From: a virus
Virus record (IMG/VR): IMGVR_UViG_3300014208_000032
Coordinates: 137,116-159,813 of that record
DNA: 22,698 bases
Reading direction: 5' to 3' (one strand)
The notes below the pieces were generated by a model, which was given only the letters and a program-made list of their open reading frames with translations, did no database searches and was not told the origin of the DNA. Of the stretch, positions 1-8,399 are shown in pieces. Each line of letters begins with the position of its first letter. Positions within the stretch are counted from its first letter, which is position 1. A program made the translations under genes and the position numbers.

Positions 1-2
1 GA

Positions 3-1940
3 GAAATAACAATTGAAGAGTTAAAAAAAAATCTCTATAATTTAGATTTGTCTGATAAAAATATTTACATTGAAGCAAACAATCCAAACACAGTTGGGAC
101 GTTTCAACTTGATAGTTCGACTTCGTCCCGAGTTCTTGAAAAAGTAGTTCCACAAAATTTTGAAGAAATTGTTGCTATATCTTCTTTAGCAAGACCAGGA
201 ACGATTGATTTTACTGATGAATATGTTGATAATAAAAATACTGGAAATAGGAAATATCCAGAAAAAGTAAACGAGATATTAAGCGATAGTCACGGTGTTA
301 TGTTGTTTCAAGAACATACGTTAAAAATCTTTAATCAAATTGGCGGATTTACATTAATTGAAGCGGATAGTGTGCGAAATTTAATGAAGAAGCTGGGGAA
401 AGCTGATAAAAAGAAAGAAGATGTTGAAAAATGGGATAAAACAATAGAAAGGTTTAAAGAAGGTGCTGAAAAAAATGGTATATCAAAAGAGGATGCTGTT
501 CTTGTAGCAAATGATCTTCTTAAAATGTCAGGTTATAGTTTTAATAAATGTTTTTCTGGTGACTGTGTAATAACTTCGCCAAATGGAAATTTTAGAATAG
601 AAGATTTATATTGTATTGGTAAAAAACTAAAAAATATTAATTCTTATTCTCTTGACATGAAGGGTGATTATGTCGAAAATAATATAATTGCTATTTATTG
701 GCAAGGAAAAAGAATTGTTTATGAAATAATAATTGATGATGGGAACAAACTTAAAGTAACCTCTAACCACAAATTTCCAGTAATTAAAAATAATGAATAT
801 ATTGAAACTTGCATTGATGATGGGTTATCAGTTGGTGATTTTATATTTTCTTTAAGTAATAAAACCTGTGTAAGTCAGAAAATAATTTCAATAATTTTAA
901 TTGGAGAAGAATTTGTTTATGATGTAGAAATGAGAGCACCTTATCACACTCTTTGTGTTAATAATATATTTGCCTCGAATTCTCACGCAGTTGCTTATAC
1001 TTATATTTCAGCAATGACACTTTATCTTTCGTTTTATTTTCGAAAGTTTTTTTACTCTGCTGTTTTATCTTATGAAGTAGATAGAAAAAAATATCTTATT
1101 AACAAGATGATGTCAATTAAAAAACAAGGTTTTAAAATTCTTAAACCAGATATTAACAAATCTAAATTAAAAATTGCCCCTGTTAGTGAAACCGAAATTG
1201 TTTATGGACTTCTTGATATTAAAAATCTTGGGAAATCAGTTGAACAAATTATTGAAAATAGACCTTATAATTCTTTTAGAGATTTTGTTATTTCTTCATT
1301 AGCAACAGAAGGAAATAAAGTTAATTCAAGAGCAATTGAAAGTTTGTTAAAAGCAGGAGCATTTGATTGTTTTGATGAAAATACAACTTTACTTTTGGCA
1401 ATTTTCAAAAGTTTCTGGGAAAAGAAGAAGTCAGTTAAATTAAGGGAAAGATTAGAAATAATCTATGATGAAATAGAAAAAACAATTTCATCATTTAATT
1501 TTGAAACTACCATTCAAGACCATATTGATATGGAAAAAGAGATTTACGGGCATAATTTTTTCACTTCTCGTTTTATGGAGGATAAACTTGCCGCTATATT
1601 AGCAGAGGGTTTAGCAAAAAGAAAAATTGTTATTTCTTTTGACGACATTGAAGAAGAAATGTCAGAGCGAGTTCCTGTTTTTGTTTCTAATATGAGATTT
1701 CATATAGACAAGAAGGGTGGGAAAATGGCGTTTATAGAAGTAGAAGACCCAACAGGCGACAGCGTTGAAATTCCACTTTTTGCCTCTGTGTGGAAACATA
1801 TAGAAGATAAAATAGAAATAGGAAACATATATATGATGGTTCTTAATAAAAACAGTGAGAATAAAATTATGTTTGGTCGTGGTGGTTGGGAAATTAAAGC
1901 AGAAGTTTTGCGTAGTTGGATTAAAAAATATTCAGGATAG
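3..1940 (+). CDS. dnaE: DNA polymerase III alpha subunit (family C), 5'-truncated by window edge, intein-containing
   Basis: Frame is open from position 3, so the TTG at 48 is not the real start. DnaE motifs: GTFQL, SLARPG, SHGVMLFQE, GYSFNK/SHAVAY, ILKPDINKS, YGLLDIKNLG, LLKAGAFD, and a C-terminal OB fold (KKGGKMAFIEVED). Confidence 0.96.
   Translation, partial: EITIEELKKNLYNLDLSDKNIYIEANNPNTVGTFQLDSSTSSRVLEKVVPQNFEEIVAISSLARPGTIDFTDEYVDNKNTGNRKYPEKVNEILSDSHGVMLFQEHTLKIFNQIGGFTLIEADSVRNLMKKLGKADKKKEDVEKWDKTIERFKEGAEKNGISKEDAVLVANDLLKMSGYSFNKCFSGDCVITSPNGNFRIEDLYCIGKKLKNINSYSLDMKGDYVENNIIAIYWQGKRIVYEIIIDDGNKLKVTSNHKFPVIKNNEYIETCIDDGLSVGDFIFSLSNKTCVSQKIISIILIGEEFVYDVEMRAPYHTLCVNNIFASNSHAVAYTYISAMTLYLSFYFRKFFYSAVLSYEVDRKKYLINKMMSIKKQGFKILKPDINKSKLKIAPVSETEIVYGLLDIKNLGKSVEQIIENRPYNSFRDFVISSLATEGNKVNSRAIESLLKAGAFDCFDENTTLLLAIFKSFWEKKKSVKLRERLEIIYDEIEKTISSFNFETTIQDHIDMEKEIYGHNFFTSRFMEDKLAAILAEGLAKRKIVISFDDIEEEMSERVPVFVSNMRFHIDKKGGKMAFIEVEDPTGDSVEIPLFASVWKHIEDKIEIGNIYMMVLNKNSENKIMFGRGGWEIKAEVLRSWIKKYSG
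549..980 (+). mobile_element. Mini-intein (144 aa, no homing endonuclease) in DnaE at GYSFNK/SH
   Basis: Starts CFSGD (block A), has TSNHKF (block B TxxH) and VYDVEM (block F), and ends FASN followed by +1 Ser. Removing it restores the conserved FNKSHA motif. Confidence 0.95.
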
Positions 1941-1947
1941 GTAAAAA

Positions 1948-2478
1948 ATGAGTAGAAAGGTTTTAGTGTTTAATAAAAATTATCTCCCAATAAACGTTTA
2001 CAATATAAACAAAGCATTTTCTAAAATATTTGCTAACAAAGCAGAGATAGTTCATATTGAAAATGGCGTTTATCAATCTTTTGATTTTAACTCTTGGGTA
2101 GAATTTTCAAAAGATAAAACAGGAGTTTTTGTGGGAGATCATAAAGTTGCTATTCCAAAAATTGTTAGAATGATTTATTCAGACAGTGTTTATCAAAAAA
2201 AAGTTAGATTAACTTTAAAAAATCTTGCCATTAGAGATAATTATAAGTGTGAATATTGTTGGAGCCATACAGATTTAGAAAGTGCTACGTTTGATCATGT
2301 AATTCCAAAATCAAAAGGTGGAAAACTTGTTTGGCATAATGTTGTCTATTGTTGCAAAAAATGCAACGCTAGAAAAGGCAATAAAACAATTGAAGAACTT
2401 GGTATTAGATTGACTAAAAAACCAATCAAACCACAATTTGATGCAGAAAAATTTTACTCAATTAGGATAGGTGAATAA
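1948..2478 (+). CDS. HNH endonuclease (McrA-like, Zn-binding)
   Basis: VLVFNKNYLP N-terminus, RDNYKCEYC, TFDHVIPKSKGG, WHNVVYCCKKCNARKGNK. Confidence 0.93.
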   Translation: MSRKVLVFNKNYLPINVYNINKAFSKIFANKAEIVHIENGVYQSFDFNSWVEFSKDKTGVFVGDHKVAIPKIVRMIYSDSVYQKKVRLTLKNLAIRDNYKCEYCWSHTDLESATFDHVIPKSKGGKLVWHNVVYCCKKCNARKGNKTIEELGIRLTKKPIKPQFDAEKFYSIRIGE

Positions 2479-2481
2479 TAA

Positions 2482-3966
2482 ATGACTTTAAGTTTTAGAA
2501 ATCCTTTTAAAGATATCAATATAAAGGAGTTGTCAACTAAGTTTTTTTATTCCTTGTTGTTGGTTTTAAAAGATATTTCATTCTTTATTCTTCTTGGTTT
2601 TTCAACAATGGTGTCAGCATTTTTGTTTTCTTCTGTTATGCCAGAAACAGAAATGTTTAAGAAAATTATGTTCGGGGTTGTTGCCATTGTCATAGAAGTT
2701 ATAAAAGCTTATGCTCTTGTAAAAAGCAATTCTCTTTTTGATTATTCAAGAACATTAAAACCAGAAAAAGAGAAGAAAATAGAAAGAAAAACTGAAGTTA
2801 CTGATTTAAAAAAGAATATTATCAGAAAAGCAAAAAACAATTTTGCTATCTATTTAGGGCTTGCGTTTCTTTCTATTCTTTCTTCCTATGCTTTTTCTCT
2901 CTACTCAGTAAATTCCGTTGGGGATGACGCTGCAAAAGTAAAAATAGAAGCACAATACATAAACATTGATAACGAAATTTCATCCATAGATGAAAGGAAT
3001 GCTTTAAATAAACAATCTTTGGTTGATATGAAAAAAGATGTTGAAAGTTTAACCTCTGATTATGATAAACAAATTATAGAATATAGAAAGCAATTAAACG
3101 ATGTGTCAAACACTACAATGAGAACTTCTGCACTTACTGGTAACATTAACTCTTTTATTAGTAGAAAAACAACAGCAGTTGAAGATTACATTACTGCTAA
3201 ACAAAAAATATTAGATAAAATCAAAATAGACACAGATAAAAAATCTGCTCTTTTAGAAAATAGAGGAAAAATAAGTATTGAAAATGTATCATCAAAAGAT
3301 AAATCTTCTAATATTTATGAAATTTTAGGACAAGCTCTTTTTAATATTGGAACAAAAAATGCTATGTTTTTTATGCTTATTCTCCTTTCTCTTATTGTAG
3401 AGCTGGGAACTTATTTTACATCACCACATCCACATTGGAGAGATGTGATTGATGAAGATGATTTTCTTAGTTTTGATGATAAAGAACAAAGAATAAAAAC
3501 AGTTGAAAAATTTATCGAGAAAGAAGTTTTTGTAGACAGAGTTGTTGAAGTAATTAAAGAAGTTCCTTTTGAAACTATAAAAGAAGTAATTGTAGAAAAA
3601 GAAGTTTTCGTAGATAAACCAATAGAAGTAATTAAAGAGATTTTTGTAGACAGAGTTGTTGAAGTAATTAAAGAAGTTCCTTTTGAAACTATAAAAGAAG
3701 TAATTGTAGAAAAAGAAGTTTTTGTAGATAGAATTGTCGAGGTGATTAAAGAAGTAGAAAAAATACCAACAGAAAAAGAAGAATTGGTTTCTGTAAAGGC
3801 AGAATCTTTAGTTGAAATTATTGATCCATCATTTATTCCTTTAATAAACAACGAAGAACAATTTATTATCAATAATAAAGGAATTGATGAACTGACATCT
3901 TGGGTTAAAAAAGAAGTAAGAGAATTAGAGCCACTCAGATCAGAGAAGCAAAGGATTGGTAAATAA
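2482..3966 (+). CDS. Membrane protein: about 3 N-terminal TM segments, long coiled coil, TM segment, C-terminal V/I/E/K-rich repeats
   Basis: Hydrophobic runs (FFILLGFSTMVSAFLF, IMFGVVAIVIEV, FAIYLGLAFLSILSSYAF, MFFMLILLSLIVELG), heptad-like central region, and EKEVFVDRVVEVIKEVP repeats. Confidence 0.75.
   Translation: MTLSFRNPFKDINIKELSTKFFYSLLLVLKDISFFILLGFSTMVSAFLFSSVMPETEMFKKIMFGVVAIVIEVIKAYALVKSNSLFDYSRTLKPEKEKKIERKTEVTDLKKNIIRKAKNNFAIYLGLAFLSILSSYAFSLYSVNSVGDDAAKVKIEAQYINIDNEISSIDERNALNKQSLVDMKKDVESLTSDYDKQIIEYRKQLNDVSNTTMRTSALTGNINSFISRKTTAVEDYITAKQKILDKIKIDTDKKSALLENRGKISIENVSSKDKSSNIYEILGQALFNIGTKNAMFFMLILLSLIVELGTYFTSPHPHWRDVIDEDDFLSFDDKEQRIKTVEKFIEKEVFVDRVVEVIKEVPFETIKEVIVEKEVFVDKPIEVIKEIFVDRVVEVIKEVPFETIKEVIVEKEVFVDRIVEVIKEVEKIPTEKEELVSVKAESLVEIIDPSFIPLINNEEQFIINNKGIDELTSWVKKEVRELEPLRSEKQRIGK
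3527..3722 (+). repeat. Coding direct repeat, 82 bp identical, period 114 bp (38 aa)
   Basis: 3527-3608 is identical to 3641-3722 and encodes FVDRVVEVIKEVPFETIKEVIVEKEV. Confidence 0.9.
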
Positions 3967-4545
3967 TGCAAATTATCAATGAAAGTCAAAGAAATTTTGT
4001 ATTTTCTTATAGTCGAAGTTACAAAACAAGTGGAAAGGATATTTCTGAAATCACAAAACATTTTTATTCCGTAGAATTAATAAAAAAAATTAATGAAAGT
4101 TCTATAATGAATTGTCATTCTGCTATCATAAATAGTGATAAATAGTGATAACAGGGGTTAAGAGTTGGTTAGTGATAACATTACAGTTCCAAATAAAGAA
4201 GGAAAGAATGGTTCTTATGAAGCGTCTATGTTTTATGAAGTTCTTGGAATAAAAGATAATTCAAGTCATAAAATATCTTCATCTTCACAAGTTCTTAAAA
4301 TAACTTCTTCTGGTAGTTTTTTTAATGTTGATAAGGTTCTTATTGATCGTTCGGCTCCGTCAAGTAACTATTGAATGAAAAAAATAATCAAAATAATAAA
4401 AGATGAAACACTTATTTCTTATGGAGAAATAAATAATATTAATTTTCTTACTGATAGTAGTTTTAGGCAAGAAAAATATGTCTATATATGTTCATTAAAA
4501 ACGATAGGGAAAAAAACTATAAATAGAACACAATTAATTTATTGA
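3966..4545 (+). pseudogene. Probable degraded gene in three fragments (3966-4145, 4165-4374, 4375-4545)
   Basis: ATG at 3966 overlaps the upstream stop (TAATG). A 10-bp tandem duplication (AATAGTGATA x2, 4131-4150) shifts the frame. Removing it puts all three fragments in one frame, broken only by TAA 4159 and TGA 4372. Confidence 0.5.
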
Positions 4546-4583
4546 CAAAAAAAGTTTTTTAATGTATAATTAAATAAAGGAGA
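4542..4583 (+). promoter_or_regulatory. Repeated sigma70 promoter + RBS element, copy 1
   Basis: TTGACA 4542-4547, 17-nt spacer AAAAAAGTTTTTTAATG, TATAAT 4565-4570, then TAAATAAAGGAG. Confidence 0.93.
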
Positions 4584-4588
4584 GAAAT

Positions 4589-4855
4589 ATTAAAGACAAT
4601 ATAAGTTCATATTATCTTGAATGTATGGTTGTTATCTTAAACACCAGTAGTGTGGTAAATGGTTCACAGAGATCATTTGTGTCTTATGATAGTAAATATT
4701 TGAGAGATAAAAAAAAGATTACATCAGGGCTATTATTAACAAATAAAGTAACAGAATTCGAAAATAAATTTAGAGGATTAAACGAAAAACTTGGTAATTC
4801 TGTGAAATACGATAAAAACAAATCAAGTATTATTTTAAGTATGTCTTTAAATTAA
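4589..4855 (+). CDS. Hypothetical protein; RBS-positioned start is ATT at 4589 (first ATG at 4625)
   Basis: AAGGAG-agaaat-ATT is in frame with the ORF at 4625; the gene sits between two promoter copies. Confidence 0.55.
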   Translation: MKDNISSYYLECMVVILNTSSVVNGSQRSFVSYDSKYLRDKKKITSGLLLTNKVTEFENKFRGLNEKLGNSVKYDKNKSSIILSMSLN

Positions 4856-4867
4856 GAACGAAAAGTA

Positions 4868-4908
4868 TTGACAAAAAAAATTTTTTAATGTATAATTAAA
4901 TAAAGGAG
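4868..4908 (+). promoter_or_regulatory. Repeated sigma70 promoter + RBS element, copy 2
   Basis: TTGACA 4868-4873, 17 nt, TATAAT 4891-4896, TAAATAAAGGAG, ATG 4914. Confidence 0.94.
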
Positions 4909-4913
4909 AAAAT

Positions 4914-6059
4914 ATGATTTTTGGAACAAAAGATGAGATTGATTTTATATTCAAAACCTACGGGAAAGTTCTTCAAAAAGAATTGGGGACAAAAGATATT
5001 ACCTTGTTTTTTTACCCTAACATAGAGAAATATGTTGACAAGGTTAAAAAAGTTGAGACAGGTGGTAAATATTCTAAATATAGTGGATTTAAAATGACAT
5101 TTCTTCAGGATTTCTCGTTTGATGAAAAACAGAAGTTGTCAGATATAAATATTTTAGAAATTGAAGGGATTAAATTCTTTAAAATTGTTACGCCTTTTTT
5201 GAGAGCAAATTCTTATGATTTTTGTGTCGCAAAAAGAGGACAAGCAGAAGCAATCATTGACCTTGTTAATAGAAATAAAGAATTGGTTAATAAACCAAAT
5301 CTCAACATGCCAATCATTGGTATTGATACGGCGATGATTCAAAAAGAAGTAATTGATTTCTTGATGAATGAAGAATTTAGAAATTTTTGTAAAACCAGAG
5401 GCATTAAGCTAAAACGAGGTTTATGCTTTGAGTCGCCCCCAGGAAACGGAAAATCGAGTATTATTAAAATTCTTAAAGCAAAAGCAGAAGAACACGGTAT
5501 TGATTTTCATTATTTCAAAAATCCAAAAGAGTTTCAGGATTCAATGGGGGAGTTTTACTCTGCGAATAAAAAGATTTTTGTGTTTGAAGATTTTGATGCA
5601 ATTTTAAGAGAAAGAGATGACACAGGAAATTCCGCAAATACAATGCTTTCTACTGTTTTAAACCTTCTTGATGGAGTAGAAGAAATCACAAATGTTGTGA
5701 CAATTTTTACAACGAATAAAATTGATTTATTTGATACAGCTTTTCTTAGACCTGGAAGGATTGATAAGATTTTTAAATTTGCTCCACCATCCAAAGAAAA
5801 TGTTATTGAATTTCTTAATGCTTATATCCCAGAAGCAAAAGACCTGCATGAAGAATTGATTGCTGAAATTGTTAAGAAAAAAGATAAAATTTCGTATGCA
5901 ATTCTAAAAGGAATTTGCGATGACATTAATATTGATTTGTTTAACAAAGTTCCTCTTAATAAAGAAAGAGTTTTTGAACTCATAAATACAAAATTTAAAA
6001 GTGCCAACAAAAACAAAGACGTGAAAGAAAAAGGTTTTGGCTTTAATGTTGAAAGTTGA
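4914..6059 (+). CDS. AAA+ ATPase (classical AAA clade, single module)
   Basis: KRGLCFESPPGNGKS (Walker A), IFVFEDFD (Walker B), LNLLDG, IFTTN (sensor 1), AFLRPGRID (SRH/Arg finger). Confidence 0.93.
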   Translation: MIFGTKDEIDFIFKTYGKVLQKELGTKDITLFFYPNIEKYVDKVKKVETGGKYSKYSGFKMTFLQDFSFDEKQKLSDINILEIEGIKFFKIVTPFLRANSYDFCVAKRGQAEAIIDLVNRNKELVNKPNLNMPIIGIDTAMIQKEVIDFLMNEEFRNFCKTRGIKLKRGLCFESPPGNGKSSIIKILKAKAEEHGIDFHYFKNPKEFQDSMGEFYSANKKIFVFEDFDAILRERDDTGNSANTMLSTVLNLLDGVEEITNVVTIFTTNKIDLFDTAFLRPGRIDKIFKFAPPSKENVIEFLNAYIPEAKDLHEELIAEIVKKKDKISYAILKGICDDINIDLFNKVPLNKERVFELINTKFKSANKNKDVKEKGFGFNVES

Positions 6060-6067
6060 GGTTTAAA

Positions 6068-6421
6068 ATGAGAACTAGTAAAAGAGATCTTGGATCTAAT
6101 GTGGTAATTAGAGATTTATCTGCTTTATATTATAAATACAAACAAGAGGGTGGAAAATCTCTTGAAAATTTTAAAGAAGTAGTTATTCCTGAAATGGTGG
6201 ATTATTCAAATCAAGAAGCAAGAATTGTAAAAATAAATTATGAGAACGAAGATCCCGATGGATATTATTATAAATATAAATATCGTCTAAAAATAGATAA
6301 AAAAACTTTCGTATGGTATGAATGGATGTTTAAACAAGAGGACGGAGATGATTTTTGCCCTTTATTTTTTAATCCAATTGTTAAAAATAAACAATTCATG
6401 TTTGATTTTATGAGGGAATAA
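6068..6421 (+). CDS. Hypothetical protein ending QFMFDFMRE
   Basis: GAGG RBS at 6058-6061 favours ATG 6068 over TTG 6056. Confidence 0.7.
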   Translation: MRTSKRDLGSNVVIRDLSALYYKYKQEGGKSLENFKEVVIPEMVDYSNQEARIVKINYENEDPDGYYYKYKYRLKIDKKTFVWYEWMFKQEDGDDFCPLFFNPIVKNKQFMFDFMRE

Positions 6422-6422
6422 G

Positions 6423-6815
6423 ATGGTAGGACAAAAAAGAAAAACAAAAGATGGGAAAATAGTTCAAATAATAGATTATTCTGGCAGTTCTTACACTTGT
6501 GTAGATTTAAGTAGTGGAAACTCTATATATATAACAGAAGCAGATTTTTTACCTGTTGAAAAAAAACTAGTAAAAAAAGAAACTTCTGTTATCGTGGAGC
6601 AAAAAAAACAAGAATTTTTGCAAGATGATTATGAATATCAACCACAAAAAGAAGAAGTAAGACAAGAAATTCTTATTGATACAATAGAACAACCGAAGTT
6701 AGAAATCATTAAAGAACAAGAAGTTTTTATAGAGAAAAAGAAAGAAAAAATTGAAATACAAACAATCATTCCAAATTCTTATAAAGATAAATATAAGCAA
6801 TTGGAGGATTTATAA
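6423..6815 (+). CDS. Hypothetical protein (small beta-rich N-terminal domain, charged tail)
   Basis: GAGGG RBS; tightly packed with neighbours. Confidence 0.75.
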   Translation: MVGQKRKTKDGKIVQIIDYSGSSYTCVDLSSGNSIYITEADFLPVEKKLVKKETSVIVEQKKQEFLQDDYEYQPQKEEVRQEILIDTIEQPKLEIIKEQEVFIEKKKEKIEIQTIIPNSYKDKYKQLEDL

Positions 6816-7174
6816 TGGTTTATGATAATGTAATGAAAGAAAGAGTAAAAAAAATTTTTGAAGATAAAAAATTAAATGAAGTCGAGATTACTCCAGAGTT
6901 AAAAAACAAAGAAGAAATGCAAGCAACTCACACAACATTAAAAAGTATCCCTATTCTTATGGGTGAATTAGATGAGTTAGTTAAAACTTCCGGAGTTGAT
7001 TTAGAAGGAGAACCTCTTTCACAAGAAGAACTAAAAAAATATGGAGAAGAAGTTTTTAAAACATTAAATGAAAAAAATCCTGTCATTCAAACCGTAAATA
7101 AAACAGCAGACGAAGTAAGTAAAAATACTGGAACAAATAAGATTGTTGATAAAGTAATGGACAAAGTTTCTTAA
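6815..7174 (+). CDS. Hypothetical protein
   Basis: GGAGG RBS and TAATG stop-start overlap. Confidence 0.8.
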   Translation: MVYDNVMKERVKKIFEDKKLNEVEITPELKNKEEMQATHTTLKSIPILMGELDELVKTSGVDLEGEPLSQEELKKYGEEVFKTLNEKNPVIQTVNKTADEVSKNTGTNKIVDKVMDKVS

Positions 7175-7229
7175 ACTAGAGCAATCTTGAAAATTTTTAA
7201 ACTATATTTAAAGAGTGAAGGAAAATAAA

Positions 7230-7499
7230 ATGGATGAAATAACTATTAAAACAAATGAATTTGGAACTAAATTTTGGTATTTGAATGACAAACGACATCG
7301 AGTTGATGGACCAGCTATTGAATGTGCTGATGGAAATAAATATTGGTATTTGAATGACAAACTTCATCGAGTTGACGGACCAGCTATTGAATGTGCTAAT
7401 GGAGATAAATATTGGTATTTGGATGGCATTGAAATATTAGAAAAAGATTTTGTAATTAAGAAAAAAAGTCAACAATTATTTCTTTTTGAAGATGATTAG
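7230..7499 (+). CDS. HRxDGPA-repeat (MORN-like) protein with C-terminal QLFLF
   Basis: AAGGAAAATAAAATG start context is identical to the paralogue at 22590; 23-aa repeats WYLNDKxHRVDGPAIECAxGxKY. Confidence 0.85.
   Translation: MDEITIKTNEFGTKFWYLNDKRHRVDGPAIECADGNKYWYLNDKLHRVDGPAIECANGDKYWYLDGIEILEKDFVIKKKSQQLFLFEDD
7275..7421 (+). repeat. 69-bp coding tandem repeat (2 full units plus start of a third)
   Basis: Units start with TGGTATTTG at 7275, 7344 and 7413. Confidence 0.9.
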
Positions 7500-7501
7500 T
7501 A

Positions 7502-7542
7502 TTGACAAAAAAAATTTTTTAGAGTATAATTAAATAAAGGAG
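7502..7542 (+). promoter_or_regulatory. Repeated sigma70 promoter + RBS element, copy 3
   Basis: TTGACA 7502-7507, 17 nt, TATAAT 7525-7530, TAAATAAAGGAG, ATG 7547. Confidence 0.94.
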
Positions 7543-7546
7543 ATTT

Positions 7547-7837
7547 ATGCTAACCTTAGATATGTTAAGAATTAGCGAGGGACAAATGGAACTTGGGTTT
7601 TATATTAGTGGAAACGAAAAGGATGGTATTTTCGTTCGGTATGACAGAAAAGGGAACCTTCTATTGAGAACAAAACATAGAGAAGGCAGACCAATTGGAG
7701 AGTATTTAGTTTGGTGGCCAACTGGAGAATTAAAAATTAGAAAAGTTTTTAGTGAAACCGGAACGGAAATTAGCGAAGAGCTATATACAAAAAAAGGTGT
7801 AAGAGTTTTTGATTCAAATAAACTAAAAGGTTTATAA
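7547..7837 (+). CDS. MORN-variant/YwqK-like repeat protein
   Basis: KDGIFVRYDRKGNL...GEYLVWWPTGEL...YTKKG beta-hairpin repeat pattern. Confidence 0.65.
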   Translation: MLTLDMLRISEGQMELGFYISGNEKDGIFVRYDRKGNLLLRTKHREGRPIGEYLVWWPTGELKIRKVFSETGTEISEELYTKKGVRVFDSNKLKGL

Positions 7838-7838
7838 T

Positions 7839-8399
7839 ATGTCAGCATATTCTATCGGAGAAGAATATCTTAAACAATATTCCAAAATAGTTGGTCGTCG
7901 TTATATAGAAGCAGATATTAAAAAACATAAATGGTGGGATGCTTTTGTTGCTATCGAAAATAAATTCGGTTACAAAAGTGAATTTAATGCTAAAAAATTT
8001 ATAGCAGCAAATTTTGAAAAATATGGAAAAGTTTTTCCTTACCAACTAACAACAAAAAAATCTTGGGAAACTTACTCGCAACAATTACAATTAGAAGATG
8101 AAAACATTGATATAGAGAAAGTTCTTGCTGAGAAAGTTGTTTACTTTTTAAGAGTTCTGAAACTTTATACGAATAAAGGGAAAAGTATAAAAGATTTTGT
8201 TGTAGAAAATTGGGTTAAAATTAAAAATAATCAATATGATTTATATGTTCTTGTTTTTTCCAAAACGTTTTTAAATAAAAATGGAGAAGAAGGAATAGTT
8301 TCATCACTAGAAATTATGGCAAAGAGGTTTGCTGTTAGTTCTTATGAACGTATAAAAAAAGTTATTGAGAAAAATCTTGGAGAAGATTACAATGAATGA
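7839..8399 (+). CDS. Hypothetical protein, possibly a T4 gp59-like helicase loader
   Basis: The ORF is clear. The function guess rests on weak by-eye resemblance (F..I.NKF...KFIAANF) and adjacency to the RNase H-like gene. Confidence 0.4.
   Translation: MSAYSIGEEYLKQYSKIVGRRYIEADIKKHKWWDAFVAIENKFGYKSEFNAKKFIAANFEKYGKVFPYQLTTKKSWETYSQQLQLEDENIDIEKVLAEKVVYFLRVLKLYTNKGKSIKDFVVENWVKIKNNQYDLYVLVFSKTFLNKNGEEGIVSSLEIMAKRFAVSSYERIKKVIEKNLGEDYNE

Noticed and set aside
48-50. DnaE starting at TTG 48 as a split gene
   Set aside because: The frame is open back to the window edge and there is no RBS, so this is simple truncation.
3411-4061. 216-aa minus-strand ORF
   Set aside because: Antisense shadow of the V/E/K repeat region; S/T/I/F-rich with no independent signals.
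7275-7421. CRISPR array
   Set aside because: The repeats are in-frame coding units with no unique spacers, and the dispersed promoter repeats are hundreds to thousands of bp apart.
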